Part shown: positions 1 through 14,202 of the stretch, one piece after another | Numbering within the stretch: the first letter of the stretch is position 1 | Layout of the letters: every line of letters begins with the position of its first letter | Assembly: GCA_028534125.1 (NCBI GenBank) | Contig: CM052818.1 | Span: 25,546,001 to 25,610,000 of the forward strand | Reading direction: 5' to 3' | DNA length: 64,000 nt | Source of the DNA: Lama glama | Lineage: Eukaryota | The notes under the pieces: generated by a model | The model's input: the letters and a program-made list of their open reading frames with translations, nothing else | Databases searched by the model: none | Told to the model about the DNA's origin: nothing | Translations under genes and position numbers: made by a program

Positions 1-100
1 ATTGTGGTTAGTGGTTATACTGGTGCATAAATTTGTCAAAACTTATCAAAATGTGTATTTTTGACAATGTGCATTTTATCCTATGAATTTATACCTCAAA
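1..100 (+). mobile_element. Old L1 3' end fragment
   Basis: ...ttgtcaaaacttatcaaaatgtgta...tttatacctcaaa, typical of an L1M 3' terminus. Confidence 0.55.
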
Positions 101-3049
101 ATAGGATTGACGTTTCATTCACATATTGAGGTTTGTAAAGGAAAAATGATAAAATTGCCAGAGTCTGGAGGGTGCATATAGATGAAAAAGCATTGGTCAA
201 TAGCTACGCAGTTATAAATGAAGGATATAAAATAAAGAAAGACCTGAAGTGAAGGCCACCTGCTATTTGGAATCTTGTACATTTGTACACTTTTCATGTG
301 AGCATGAAAGCTTTGTCAAGATAAGGCATCTTCCCTAGCTATCTGAATCTCTTTCCTAGCTGATATAAGCATTGCTAAGGTGAAAAGTTTCTTCTCCTTA
401 GCAATTGACCATTTATTTAATATTTAGTGCATTCCATAATGAGTATAATTAAATTACAAAATGTGACAGCCAAAAGGCACTGAGAAAATTATTTCATCCA
501 ATTTCTTCATTTATAGGAGAAGCAACTGAGGCCTGGAGAGAGGAAGAAAAGTGACCTGCTCAAAGCCACACAGCTTTGAAAATAATTGTTAGAGGTGATT
601 TCTGTTACCTTTTTTGGGGAAAAAAAAATCTTGAAATACATAAAGCCATATTTTTATGGATAATTAATTCCAGACGATTTAATTATCTAATCTACAACTA
701 ATTAAAAACAAACCAAAAAAACTCTTTATCAATCATAGATAAAATGTAAATTTGTGCATTTTCAGAGCTAGGACATCATCAAGCTCACATATGTACAAAT
801 GGTAACTGATTTCAAGCAGTAATAAGAGGTATGTGATTGCTGAAAAATAAATGAGAAATTTTATTTTTTTAAATTTAATTGCAAAAACAACCAAGCTACA
901 TTTCAAAACATTTAGAAAATGTAGAGGGAATAAAGCAACTATAATGCCTCTACTTAGCCATCGCGATCATTTGATTGTATTACCAGGTAATCATTTTTCT
1001 CTTGAATGTTTTACATGATTGTTAATGGAGCCTACCTGTCATTTTTATCTCCTTTTTCACCTATGTTATAGCATACACATTTTACTTTGTTTTACAAATT
1101 GGATCATTATTATCCATGTTGTTTTTATTGTGGCCATCTGTGCAGAGAGTTCCTCCCTAGTCCCAACCAGTGTTAACCGTCTGCTGGTATTCTTCCGTTC
1201 CTTTCCCCATCCTCATAGGATCATATCTGAACGTATATACAGAATGTACATATATGGGATGGGGCTGTTGTTGTAGGGTCATACTATATCTCTCTGCATC
1301 CTCTCTCTCAGTTAATCCATCATGGCAGTCTTTCCAAGTTAATTGATATCAATCTAAAGTTATTTTTAATGGCTGCATAATATCCATGGTAGGAATGACC
1401 CATGTTTATCATTCCTGTACTAATGGGCATTCCCTTTATTTCCATTATTTTGTCACTACAAACAATGCTACAACAAACATCCTGGTATATAGAGCCACAC
1501 ATACTGGTGCTTTTATGTATGTGGGGCTTTAATAGATATGACTAAGCTGCTTTCCAGAAAGACTGTATTTATTCTCTTTTCCTCCCGGAATACTGCATGA
1601 GTATCTTTTCTCCTGCATCCTAGCCAATAGTGGATGTTAACACTTTTTGGTTCTTGCCAGTCAGATAGGTGAAGAGGATATTTCATGGTTACTTTGGCTA
1701 ATTTCTACTGCTATTGAACATATCTACATATACTTACTGGACCTTGAGATTTGCTCTTCTGTGACCATCTATTCTTTTGCTTTGCATATTTTTCTATAGG
1801 GTCATCTGCCTATTTCTTATCAATGAATAAGGGCTTTTATATAATATAGGTTAAATCTTTATCTGTCCTATGAATTATGACATCTATCTTTTCCCATCTA
1901 TCTTTTTGTCTTTTAACTTTGTGGTCACTTCTGCTATTGAGACATTTTTTAATTTATGAAGTTAAATAACTTTTCCTAAATTGCTTCTAGGTTTCTTGAG
2001 TTGGCTTAAAAGCTCTCCTTAGCCCAAAAGTTTGTATATATATTTTTTCCTAAATTTTCTTCTAAGGTTTTTTATTATTCTTAAGTATTTAATGCATCTG
2101 GATTTTGTTTTTATGTATGTAGCAAGGGAGTGTTCAATTTCCTTATTTTCCAGATAGCCACTTGTAGCTACACTAGTTATTATGTAAGTCATCCTTTTCC
2201 TTCATGGAACTGAAATATCATTTTTATGATGTATTAAATTCCCTTGTACACCAGGATCTACTATGGACTCTTATTCCATTCTGATCTCTCTCTCTATTCC
2301 TATGCCGAAATCACAAATTATACAGTTCTTCAGTGTTTTAAAAATATTTGGTGAGGCAAATCAGCTATTACACTTTTTTATAATTTGCTTTTCCTAACAC
2401 TTACTTTTCCATATAAATAAATGTACTCCATGATTATTTTATCCATTACCAAAAAATACTGAAATTTTCATTGAAATTACACAGATTTATATATTAATAT
2501 AGGAAAATTGGCATTTTTCTTACACTGAATCTTGTCATCCAAGAACAATATAGTTCATCTCATTTGTCTGAATCCCTTGTTTTAGGTTTTTCAATCAGAT
2601 TTTATAGTTTTCTCTTAAAGTTCCTGTTCTTTTCCTGTGAAATTTATTCTTAAGGATTTTATAGTTTTTATTGCTATTGTGAATGGCATTTTTTTCCATT
2701 TCCATGTCTCAAGTGGTTTTTTATTCTCTTTTTTTTTCTTTTGGATATTTATTTTGTACTCTGCCACCTTGCTAAATTCCTTTATTAATTATGGAAGATT
2801 TTAAAAATAAGTATTTCTAGGTAATTTTTAATCCTCATTTTCAAGTTTTATACTGGTTATTTCATTATATTTTATTGTATTTGTTAGAAATTCTAGAATA
2901 ATGTTTACTAATAATGGTGACAGTGAATATCACTATCTACCTTCTGGTTTTAATATAAATGGCTTTAAAGTCATTTAGAATCACATTTTCTACCTTTGGT
3001 AAATAACAGGTATCACGCTTAAGTAATTTCTCTTTAATCTTTTTATTTT

Positions 3050-3610
3050 ATCTTATTTTTAAACATTTTTTATTGAGTTATAGTCATTTTACAGTGTCAA
3101 ATTCCAGTGTAGAACACAATTTTTCAGTTATACGTGAACATACGTATATTTATTGTCACATTTTTTTCTCTGTGAACTACCACAAGATCTTGTATATATT
3201 TCCCTGTGCTATATAGTATAATCTTGTTTATCTATTCTACATTTTAAAATCCCAGTCTGTCCCTTCCCACCCCCTACCCCCTTGGCAACCACAAGTTTGT
3301 ATTCTATGTCTATGAATCTGTTTCTGTTTTGTATTTATGTTTTTTTTTTAGATTCCACATATGAGCGATTTCATATGGTATTTTTCTTTCTCTTTCTTGC
3401 TTACTTCACTTAGAATGACATTATCCCGGGATATCCATGTTGCTGCAAATGGCATTATGTTGTCAGTTTTTATGGCTGAATAGTATTCCATTGTATAAAT
3501 ATATCACATCTTCTGTATCTAGTCATCTGTTGATGGACATTTAGGCTGTTTCCATGTCTTGGCTATTGTAAATAGTGCTGCTATGAACACTGGGGTGCAG
3601 GTGTCTCTTT
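3050..3610 (-). mobile_element. Younger lineage-specific L1 3' end (5'-truncated)
   Basis: ttttattgagttatagtcattttaca...catgttgctgcaaatggc...gctgctatgaacactggggtgca. Same family as the copies at 17.75, 28.93 and 55.94 kb. Confidence 0.85.
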
Positions 3611-3633
3611 AGTCTTATTTTAGTAAAATTCTT

Positions 3634-3783
3634 TAAAAAATTTTTTTTAATTTTCTTTTGTTTCTTTTTTGTTTTGGAGGAGGTAATTAAGTATTTGTTT
3701 ATTTTGATGGAGATACTGGGAATTGAACCCAGGACCCTGTGCATGCTAGGTACATGCTCTACCACTCAGCTATACCATCCCCC
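3634..3783 (-). mobile_element. tRNA-derived camelid-type SINE (Vic-1-like)
   Basis: Reverse complement of ggtatagctgagtggtagag...gggttcaattcccagt (Pol III A/B boxes) with an A-rich tail. Confidence 0.85.
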
Positions 3784-4414
3784 ATAAAATTTCTTATTAG
3801 GAATGGCTACTGTATTTTATCAGTCCTTTTAGCAGCTATTGATAGAATTGCCTTTTTTTCCTTTGACTTATTATTATAATGAATTATACTGATTCCCTGA
3901 TATTGAATCATCCTTACATTCCTGGAATATTTGCTTAGTCATAGGGCTTAGTTTTTTTTGGTACTCTGCCAGATACTATTTGTTACTATTTAGATATTTT
4001 GGCATCTATATATTCATGAGTGGTTTCGATCTGTAGAGGATTTATTGGGTTTTGCTTTTTTTTATTCTATTGGGGGGGCATTAAGTTTATCCTAGCTTCT
4101 TAAGGTGAATTAGAGAGTTTTTTTATCTTCTATAATCTAGAAAATTTTCAATAAATTGGGATTGGCTGTTCACTAAAAGATAATAGCGCATAGCTATGAA
4201 AACATTTGGTCTTGGTGCCTTTTTAAAAATATAGACAGGTCTTTAAATCCTATTCAGTTTCTTCAAAGGTAATTTGTCTATCCAACTTTTTAACTTAATT
4301 TTATAATTTATATTTTCCTAGGAAATTGTTTATTTCCTTAAGTTTGTCCACAAATCTGTTGATAGAGAATAAATATCTTCCCATGTGCTATAAAAGGAAC
4401 GGTGGAGAGAGAAT

Positions 4415-4650
4415 GAATGTTTATTGAACAGCTGCTATGTGCCAAGCATTATGTTTCATATTTTATTTGTATTGTCACATCTAATTGAATACTCATACTG
4501 ATCCTGTTTAGCATGGATCATTATCCTCATTTTACAGATGAGAATACTGGGGCTTGGGGAAATGAGGTAATAACGTGCCCAGGATCACAGATAAGAAATG
4601 GCAGAGGGAGTCAGGATTGGAACTTAGGGCTCTGTGATTTCAGAGCAGGT
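4415..4650 (-). mobile_element. MIR SINE
   Basis: Core cattttacagatgagaatactgggg...taacgtgcccaggatcacag. Confidence 0.75.
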
Positions 4651-6970
4651 GGATTCACTCCTGGACTTCTCCATATATTTCACAATCAGTATAGTTCATT
4701 ACTGAAAAATAGTTGTTTGAGGAATTGTGTCATTGTTTTCTTTGCATCCTCCAGTCATTGAATATTAGGATCATGTTCTGGTTTTCCTTCTAATAAAGGA
4801 ATATAAAAAAGAATATAGCTTTTCCTCCATTTAAGACATTTTTTCCCTTAGGCTAGGTTTCCAGAAGAGAATTACTAGTTTGAAGAGTATGATCTTATAA
4901 ATGAGTAATATATATTGAAAGGTGCCTCTTAAAAGGAAGAATAACAAAGGATTGCATGGAAAAGTAGTAAGACTTTTTCTGGAAAGAGCTATACTACATT
5001 ATGAAATTCCCTTTGAGATCTCACTTGAGGTCCACTTCATTTTGTATGGGAATCTCTCACTCTCTGAGCCCAGTAATTCTTACTCTGCCCTTAATAGTAC
5101 TTGAATCACTGCCTCCCCTTGAATAAATCAGATGCTGCCACATTCTTCTCACCAAGTTAACATGCTTCTACTCTTTGCCAGCCTTCCTCCTTTCTTTCCA
5201 TCTCTACAATAGCAATAATAGCCTCTAAAAACATCCTTCTGGGCCTTGGCAGACCCTTGAGAAAATACTAGTAAATTTTTAGAAAAAGCCTGTTTGTCTC
5301 TGAACCATGCCTGATGATTATATAGAGCAATGGCTTTTAGTCTGTACTTGGAAGCCCTCACGTTTTTTTTGAGCCTGTCTTGGGAACAGAGAGAAAGTCA
5401 CCAAGCTGGTGAGGTTCTGGGCCCCCCTTCCCAACCCCTTCAACCAGAGTCTCTCTGTTCTTGTCTGATTCAGACTATAGCTTTTGGGGAAGAATTTCCT
5501 TTTAAAATGGGTTTCTGCTGCTTAAAAACAAAGGTTCTAAAGTTATTACAATAGAGAAATAAGAATGTTGAAACATTAACCTAAAAAGTTGTAGCCAGAC
5601 TTTTGTGAAATTAATTCAAATAATAAAATTAATACTATTAATAAAGTTAATAGAAACCTAAAGAATACGAAAAAAATCTCCTCACCCTCCCCCATACTGA
5701 CCTAGAATGTATACCCCCCCACACAAATGCAGGCATAAGACCACAAAAACTCAGGATTGTCTATTACTCTATTACTTTCCAATTACTGCTGTGACAGAAA
5801 AGGAAAGTTTGGCACTTTGGGGAATTGAAATTAATTGGAAGCAGACTGGAGTTAATTTCCACTTCAGTGTCCTTTATTGAATGGGTCTTTAGTGCACATT
5901 TCTAATTTAGCAGAATGAGAACTTTTTATGTTGGGGGTAGGGTGATGAAATATTTTCCCCTGAAACTAAAGTAATTCATCAGGACAAATCCTGAAAATGT
6001 TTTCAGGGAGTAAAGTCTATATGATCTTTGTTATGTAGAAAAGTGCTTTGAAAAAAATTATTAAAGGGGTTATTTGTTTTTTTCTACACAGCCTAAAAGC
6101 AACATATATTTCATGAAATGATGGATTTCATGACCTTGTTTTTGTACCTGTGTCATAGTTTCCAAAGCATTCTTACATCCATTATCTCACTTGATCATTG
6201 TAGCACGTTATAGACAGGGCACGTTACCATCCATTTTATACAGAAGGAAACTAGCTCTGAACAAGTAAGGAAGTAGCTCCAAATGAGACCATTATTCTTT
6301 CTTCTATCTTCTATCTTTAAATAAACCACTTCATGCCACAGGATTCTGAAACACTGTAGTATAAAAGGCCACTTTTACTGTCATTAAAAATGCATCAGTT
6401 CCTATGTGGGGTCTGATAGCTACTTGAAAAAACAGATTGAATGGGGTGGTAAAATGAGAAAAGCTTTGGCAAGTCTAATGAGAGAGAGGGAGATTGAGAG
6501 AAAAAAAAAGAATGCAAAGTAGGACAAAAAATAGGGTGTAACTTCTGATTCAGAGGCTTTGAAATGTTATTTTTAAAATTCTATGTGTATTTTATTGGCA
6601 ATAATTTTTGAAAGGAAAACATAAATCTATGAACTTTGCTTTAAAAACTGTAAAGTCAGTTGCAACAGTTAATATTGTTAGGGGGATATCGAATATCTAC
6701 CCCCTAAATAAGAAATAACTCAGGATAATATCACAGGAAGTTTCTATCGATAACCATGACTCTGTTACTTAATCCATACCAGAAAATAAGATATATGTAA
6801 ATCACTAGATCCATTCTATGAGTTCCAATACCCAATCTACTCTAGGATGGCCTAAATAAATATACAAATAATCTAAATAAAATATCAGAAAACAAAAATA
6901 CACCACTATAACCAGTAGTTTGCTCTAGATTATAAAAAAGTCTTGATTTTTCTAGCTTAGAAATCTATTA

Positions 6971-7125
6971 GTGGAGGGAGGGTATAGCTCAGTGGTAGAG
7001 TGTGTGCTTAGCATGCACGAGTTCCTAGGTTCAATCCCCAGTACCTCCATTAAAATAAATAAATGGATAAAAACCTAATTACTTCCCACCACACAATTTT
7101 TTTAATTAAAAGAAAACCCAAAAAA
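6971..7125 (+). mobile_element. tRNA-derived camelid-type SINE (Vic-1-like)
   Basis: gggagggtatagctcagtggtagag...ggttcaatccccagtacc; flanking aaatctat direct repeat. Confidence 0.88.
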
Positions 7126-10100
7126 ATCTATAAATATAATTCATTAATCAATACAATGCAAAAACAAAAAACCAAAAACAAAGAGCACAATGTTACCCTT
7201 AGAAGCAAAATGATAAGGAGGTAAGGCAAATTTCATAATACATAGGTATGTATGCACGTGTTTAAAATGAGGTTACCTTAGCAATAATGTAACTTTTTAT
7301 ACCCACTTCCCCAAATACATATATATAATCAAATTGTCCTTGAATACATAGCAATTTATGATGGCAAGGGCAATAAATTAAAGAATTAAAATAAGACTGT
7401 CACCAGACATCCCAAATAATAAGTAGCTTTATTTTGAAAATGATTTTGGTCCTTAAATCAGCCTCTTACTTGACCTTCTGCAAATATAGGTTTTGCTAGA
7501 AATTGAGTGGCCCCTGCCACAGAATCAAGTCATAAGGCCATCCCATCGTTGGTTTACTACCTGAATACTAGTTCCCTTACCAGACTGTAAGCAGAAGAAG
7601 GTGCATTTTATTCATCTTTGTATCCCAGCTCCTTGCCACATTCTCAGCTTGTGCTCAACAAACGTTTATGGAAGTGAATTGAATTCTCATCCGATAGACA
7701 AGAGAAACTTGCTCTTTATCACATGTGCTTCACATAAGCAAAAAATAATTAGTGGTAAATATAGAAGGAGTTTAGCCTGGAGGGAATTTTGTTAGGGAAA
7801 CAAATCCCTATTTTATTAAGCAAAATTTCACTGGCAGAAATATATCCCTGTACCCACCATTGATGAACCAAGAGAGAGCAGGATTTCCTAACAAATTGCC
7901 CTGCACCAAAACTAATTATAACCAATACACCACAGCTGCCCGCAACCTTAGGGTGTCCAGAGCCAGTGAGAGAGGGGCAAAGCACGGAGCGTGGGCAGTT
8001 CCAAAGTGCATAGAACACACAGAGGTTCCTTACATCTGAGTATGGAATAATAAAGGCCCTCCCTCCTACATTCCACCAGCGTTATTTTTTGTTTGTTTTG
8101 TCTGCCTAATAACAGTCAAGATAAAGTAATTTGGTTGAGTTGCTACATCAATCAGAAAAAAGAACCCTAGCATGCTATTACACATAAAAAACAGTCCAAA
8201 GAGATAATTATTTTAAATTTAAGAATGCCTCATTTAGGACATCAAAACCTACCCGAATTTCAGACCATAATACTTCTAGAAGCTCTTCCAACTCCTTTTA
8301 TTAATTGGCGTACATAAAGCTGTTGGAACCTGACTTGGGGAGCCTGGATGCTTCATGAGCTGTGGGTCTGGTGAGGAAGATGTGCTCTATCTCTTTTCTA
8401 ATCCTGGTTTGACTCATTTTAATTTCAACCTTGTAAACAGGTTCTCTCCCTGGATTCATCTGAGTGAAAGTTAAGAGCCTCCCAGAGACATGCTATGCAA
8501 GGGACAGAGGGCACAGAGTCGCCGAATACAAGGTAAATACCAACTTTCAAAGAAAATTAAGTACTGTAGTATTTTCACTAGGCAAGTCCCAGTTGGAAGA
8601 GAAGGAAGATAATGAGAATTGTGAGGGGAGGGAGCCCTGAGCTCGAGAGAGAGCCCCCTCCAGCCCGAGGGGTGATCCTCACTTGCAGAGGGTAAATCCT
8701 TAACTAGTCCTCAGGAAGTATGCTTCCTGCTAAAGCAGAAGCAGTGGCAGGACTCACAGGATCTGAATCGCGTAGCTGAGTTAGTAGTACCTTGTGAAAT
8801 AGAGCATCGGTTACCACTGGCAGCCTATTTTAGGTGAGAGGGGAAACCAGGTTACTGTTGACACTCCTGGGAGAATTTTTTTCATAGCTCAGATGAAATG
8901 ACATCCAATTTGGATCTGCCTTTGGCACTTTCAGAACTGCTAAAAAGGAGAATAGAGTAAAATCCGATCTTCAGAATGACTAATTTCCCACTGCCTCCTG
9001 ATGAACTCCAGGACTTGGAAATCAGACAAATTGTGCAAATCTATGACCTCAGTTAGAATAGGCCACAGCCTGTGCACCACTCACAGGGCTCAGCAATGTT
9101 CTCTTGAAACCACAGCATTCGCCCTGCAGGACTAGTCTACCCATGGGCCTTATGCATTCCTACCTGCGGACCCCAGTCCCTGCAGTTTCCCTGCCTAAAA
9201 CCCTCTGCCCTCTGCCAACCCAAGTCCTTCCTGCTCCACCTTCAAAGGGCAGTTCTTGTCTCATACCCTTCATAAGCCTGCCTTGGCCATTCTCAACTGT
9301 TCTCTATCCTCACTAAGGCAAGGGTCATCTAATAACCCATTATTATTGGAGCCCAACAGCATAGTACCCTAGATATAAGAAATAGTCAACGTATTTATTG
9401 ATTGATGACAAATGTAAATTCATCATTAGTTTGATCATTTCTTCTTAACTTTTAGCCTATTTCATGCATGTCCTCCTTAGAGCTAAGGCATACTGAACCC
9501 AATCAATGGGTAATTTCTTACCACATCTGCTAAATCTGGCACAAGGGAAAAAGGCCTAGAACATTCCATAAAGAGACCAGAACACGGTGGGCACATTGGG
9601 GCTGGTTTTACTGAGAAGCTGTGTTCTGATTCCTAAATCTCGTGTTGCACTGTTTCAGTTTCCTTTTTGAAACAAACTGGGACAGAAATAAGTAAATAAA
9701 ACATGGTATAGAAGTGCTCCATCCTCCTGCCTCCAAACTGAATTACATACTTCTCCCATCCCAGGTGGTTGGATAGCAATCCAGTTCTTCAGAACCTCTA
9801 AAAAATATATGGATTGACACAACATTTTAAAATTATTATAAATCAATAAAAATGTTTAAAAAAATATGGAAAGATGCTGAACAAGCTCACTTGAAATCTA
9901 GGGCCGCTTACACACACTGCAGGAAATCATTCCCTGTGTAGGTTATGCCTGTTCATCTTGCTCTGATGTCACTTGAAATGGTTGCCTTACCTGATGGCAA
10001 GTCACTCTGACAAGCACACACAGGCTGCCCCACATCTCCTGCCTACATTGCTATGTGCTTAGTGCTCTTCTCAGATCATCCACTTTGCTTTTTGATAATG

Positions 10101-13100
10101 CAATCTGTAAACATTTTCATCAGGCTTCCTGCCATAGAACTATGAGACAGTATTCCCCAAAGAGTCAGGAAGAAAGTGCATCTGCTGACTGGCAGTGTCA
10201 GGGAAAGGAGGGAATACTGGAGTGAGCGCTGACTCTCACTTCTCACTTGCTGTGGGGCTGGGCAGCTGTGGGAAAGCCAGGCACCCTCTCTGGGCTTCCA
10301 TTTCCTCATCTCTAGTATGAGGAGGCTCTCAAAGTCCTTGCACCTCTGAAATGCTGAGGCTACAATCTAGCAGGATGTCTCCAAATATTACTCAGCAACA
10401 TGGTGATATGGCCACCAATGGTCTTCCTTCCCCAGTTCTCAGTCCAGAATCTTCCATAACTGCCCTTTTGTTCAATCTAAAAAACAAACACCAAAAGACC
10501 CACTGGACCCCAAACTGAAATTATACTAAGCAGTTCACAATTTCCTAATTCCTAATTCTTCCACTATGTAGTTTTAGCTAGTTTTTGTTTGTTTGGTTGG
10601 TTGGTTTGGTTTTGTTTTGTTTTGTTTTAGTATTCAGGTCTTTATTTTGAGAGAAGGAAACAAAACTATCTGTTCTTTCTGATTTTTTTTCCTTTGTTGG
10701 ACTTACGTTTCTTTCCAATGACTATTTTCACTTGGCCGTTCCACAGTATCCTCTAACTCAGCCTGTTTAAATCACATGGGTCATCTTCAGCCTGTACAGG
10801 TACCCTCTTCAGACTTCCTAGGCTCTGTCACTAACACCACCATTGACCCAGACTTAAGACCTTGGAATTATTTTCCTCTCATCCTATGATCCGTCAGTAG
10901 TGAAATCCTTCTGAGTCTTCCTTTATACGGCTTCTCAGATTTTCTCCTTCCTTTTCGTTCTCACCTCTTTGGTTCAGACTGCTTTGTTCCTAAACATCTA
11001 TATGTCATCCTAATTGGTTTATCAACACACTACTGCTGCTAGATTCTGTTTCTCTAAATGTCACTTTGATCATCTTTTGCCCTTGTTCATACTCTTGGAT
11101 AGCTCTCTTCTTAACAAAATAGACAACAAACCTCAAGGTCCTCCACAGTGTCCCTGACCTTCCTCTTCAACATTGTTTCTGATATGTAGGAAATATTCCA
11201 GCCTCCTCTTATTCAACGCATTCCTATCTTGTCTCTCTCCTTCCCTGTGGCTGGTCTGCCCTCCTGGTCTGCCTATTCCAATTCTCAAATCCTTACTCAA
11301 GCCCCAAAGTCTAATTCAGGCCCATTCCCTCTTTGGGACGTTCACTTTAGTCCAATAGGATATTACCCCTTTTCTCCAAATGTAAGTAGAACTCAATTGG
11401 AACCCAAATCACAATTTTCTGCTGTTACTTATCTTAGGTATGTAATCTCATTTTCTAAATAGTTGATAAACTGGAGAAAAGAGGCTATTTTTTTCTACCT
11501 CTTAGTATTCTTGGTGCCTGTTCTATAAGAGTAGAAGCTCAATGAAAGTTGGTTGGCTAGGATGAGAAACCTGCTGAACACTGTCGGTGGTAACTGTTTA
11601 GCATATAATCCTCCCCTAATGTATTAGGTGTTAATTAATTATTAATAATCACTTGTTAGGTGTTCTCTTACCTAACAATCTGGTAATCTGTAGTCGTGGA
11701 AGTAAAAACTAAGGGAGAAATTATTTGGCCACAGGAAATCCAGGCTGGGAGAGTGGAACAAAGGGATTTAATGCTCCATTTCAGTCCTAAAGGGCATTTG
11801 CAGAGTAACAGAGTCTAAAACAAGATGATCTGCGATGGCTTAGCCTTTGTTATGTATATTAGATCCTAAATGATTTGGAGATGGAGATGAAATCAATCCT
11901 TTTCTTCCTCCACCCATTTGGAATGCACCATTCTGAATGCACACTTCTTTCCTCTTAACACTCAGGGGACCTGCCTTTGGTCTCTAAGGTCTGTCATTCA
12001 TCTTCTTGGGGATCCATACTCCTGGTCTCCAAAACAAATATGAGAGAAGCAGTGAATGAGTCGGTAGGTGCAAGATCTAGGAATTCAGGGTGAGGGTGAA
12101 AAAACCCACATCCACCCCTTTGAAAGCAGTATTTCCAGCTTAGTCCTTGAATCTTTAACTCCTTCCCACACATTCTTAAGCTTAGGTCCTTCTTCTAGTC
12201 TGTGGTTTGTCAAGCTGAGGAGACAAACACTGTAAATCTGGATGCAAAGTTTACGTGCAAATCAAATTTCTGCTTCTTAAAATCCTGTAAATTCAGTTTT
12301 CATTGCCTTTTGAATTTACTGTTTATAGGCATACTCCCCATTGACAAAAATTATATAAATAAGTAAATGCAGTACATTTGAAAAGTCATTAAAATGTTAA
12401 TATAAAATGTTTAGAATCAGAAACAAGAAAAGCTCTTTTGTGAAAATCCTGAGACCCACAGTGAGGTTGATACTTAAGAGCTTATGCACCTCTGCCAGGG
12501 TCCACTTGTTCCTCTCTCTTGACAACTTCAAGCTCATGTCAAATTTCAATATCCTATTATCATACTTTAAGGATAAAAAAATTCTAAGGCTCTTGGTGTG
12601 TGTTTAAATGTCACTCTTTTAGAAGGGCCTTTCCTGAGCACACATGTAAGAGCAGGGCCCAGCCCTCATTGCCTGGCCTGCCTCCCTCTCATGGCTTTAG
12701 TTTTCTCCACAGCGTTTACCACCAGACGACAGTGCTATCTGCTCATTTGTTCATTGATCACCTTGGTCCATCACCTCTTCTTCATGAGGGCATGGACATT
12801 TTTATTTACTCTGCACTCCGCAAGGTCTAAAACAGGGTCTTACACAGAATAGGCCCCGAATAAATAGATGTGGAATAGACAGATGAACTGATATCATGGT
12901 TTAGAAAGACCAAGCCAAACCACACCCAACAGAACAACTTGCAATATACTCGAAGGATTCAGCATATGTGGTAAAGAAGATGAAGCTGAAGGATTACACA
13001 GAGATCAGCCAGCCAAACCCTGTCGCTTTACAAATAAAATGAGGTCCAGAGGTTAAGTGACTTGACTAAGTCATAAGCTCCTGTTTTGACCGAAATATAA

Positions 13101-13614
13101 AGTAGTTCACAGCAGAGCTCCAGTTTCTTGTACAAATATGGTAATTATGGGATTTGATAATGCCATTTTAATCTCAGTGAGGTGGGCCTCATAAATAAGT
13201 GGAATAAAAAGACTATCAGGTCAGGCCTCTTGCCCAAATGTAACAACCTCACTGTCATCAACACTATGACTTTATTCCTCTGAATCTTGAGAGTTTTTAT
13301 TTTTTAACGTACGTTGTTTACTCTGTTACCAGTTAGCACTTTAACTGTTTGAGAGCAACACTGAGAGACAAGCTAAGTGCCAATAGGGGATGGGGATGGA
13401 GAATGTGAGCTTTGAAGTGTGGCGCATCTAGATTCAAATCTTTACTCCGTTATTTAAATAGTTCATGACCTTGGGAATATTGCTTAACCTGTCTAAGAGT
13501 CTGCTTAGCTCTGTCTCTGGTATGATTAATAAGTCTCTTGTAGTGATTATTACTAACCTTGGCAATTTTGCCTAGGACAAAGCTGCATGCTCTAGCCTAA
13601 AATCAACAGAGATA

Positions 13615-13742
13615 AAAGAGTGGGGAGGGTATAGCTCAGTGGTAGAGTGCTGGCTTAGCATGCACAGGGTCCTAGGTGCAATCCCCAGTACCTTCATATA
13701 AATAAATAAACAAACCTAAATTACCCCTCCCACACACACACA
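13615..13742 (+). mobile_element. tRNA-derived camelid-type SINE (Vic-1-like) with 17-bp TSD
   Basis: TSD taaaatcaa(c/t)agagata at 13598-13614 and 13743-13759. Confidence 0.9.
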
Positions 13743-14178
13743 TAAAATCAATAGAGATAGAAGAAAAAGCAAACATTAGATCCTCCTGAGGGGTCTAGTT
13801 TCAAAGGTCTTTAAAAGTAGGGACTGTATGCTAAGCTTCTCCTGCGGCCCCGAGCCCCTAGCTCATAGGTGCATACTGTGCAGGCGCTGGTTACCACTTC
13901 AGGAGCCAGAGTGGAGAGCTTGCGTCCACAGAGCCCCCTCGGCCCAGCTGTGGAGAGGGAGGGAGCCCCCAACAATCAGTTGCTTGGCAATCTTGAGCCT
14001 GAATATGGGGTTAGAGCTTGATTAAGGGGCTGTGCAACACAAATCTTTCAGAGGTTCTGAAAGAACCCTGGCAATGTGAGACGGACAAAACCATACTTAC
14101 CAGGAATTCTCTCAAGGAAGGTGTCTTATGTGATAGAAAGGAATGTTTCGAGAAGCATCTTGAGGATGTGTGAATATA

Positions 14179-14202
14179 TGTGTGTGTGTGTGTGTGTGTG
14201 TG
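14179..14202. repeat. (TG)12 microsatellite
   Basis: Directly visible. Confidence 0.95.

Larger units (their letters stand above)
1290..4370 (-). mobile_element. Ancient degenerate L1M/L1ME, interrupted by a younger L1 and a SINE
   Basis: T-rich antisense L1 motifs such as aatggctgcataatatccat, ttgctattgtgaatgg and ttgaatcatccttacattcctggaat. Confidence 0.65.

Noticed and set aside
5284..5338. Imperfect hairpin (AAAAGCC...GGCTTTT) containing CTGA and TGATGA
   Set aside because: C/D boxes are in the wrong order and the stem is too irregular for a miRNA or snoRNA call
6975..7050. tRNA-like sequence with A/B boxes (also at 3.7, 13.6 and 47.5 kb)
   Set aside because: SINE heads with AT-rich tails and TSDs, not tRNA genes
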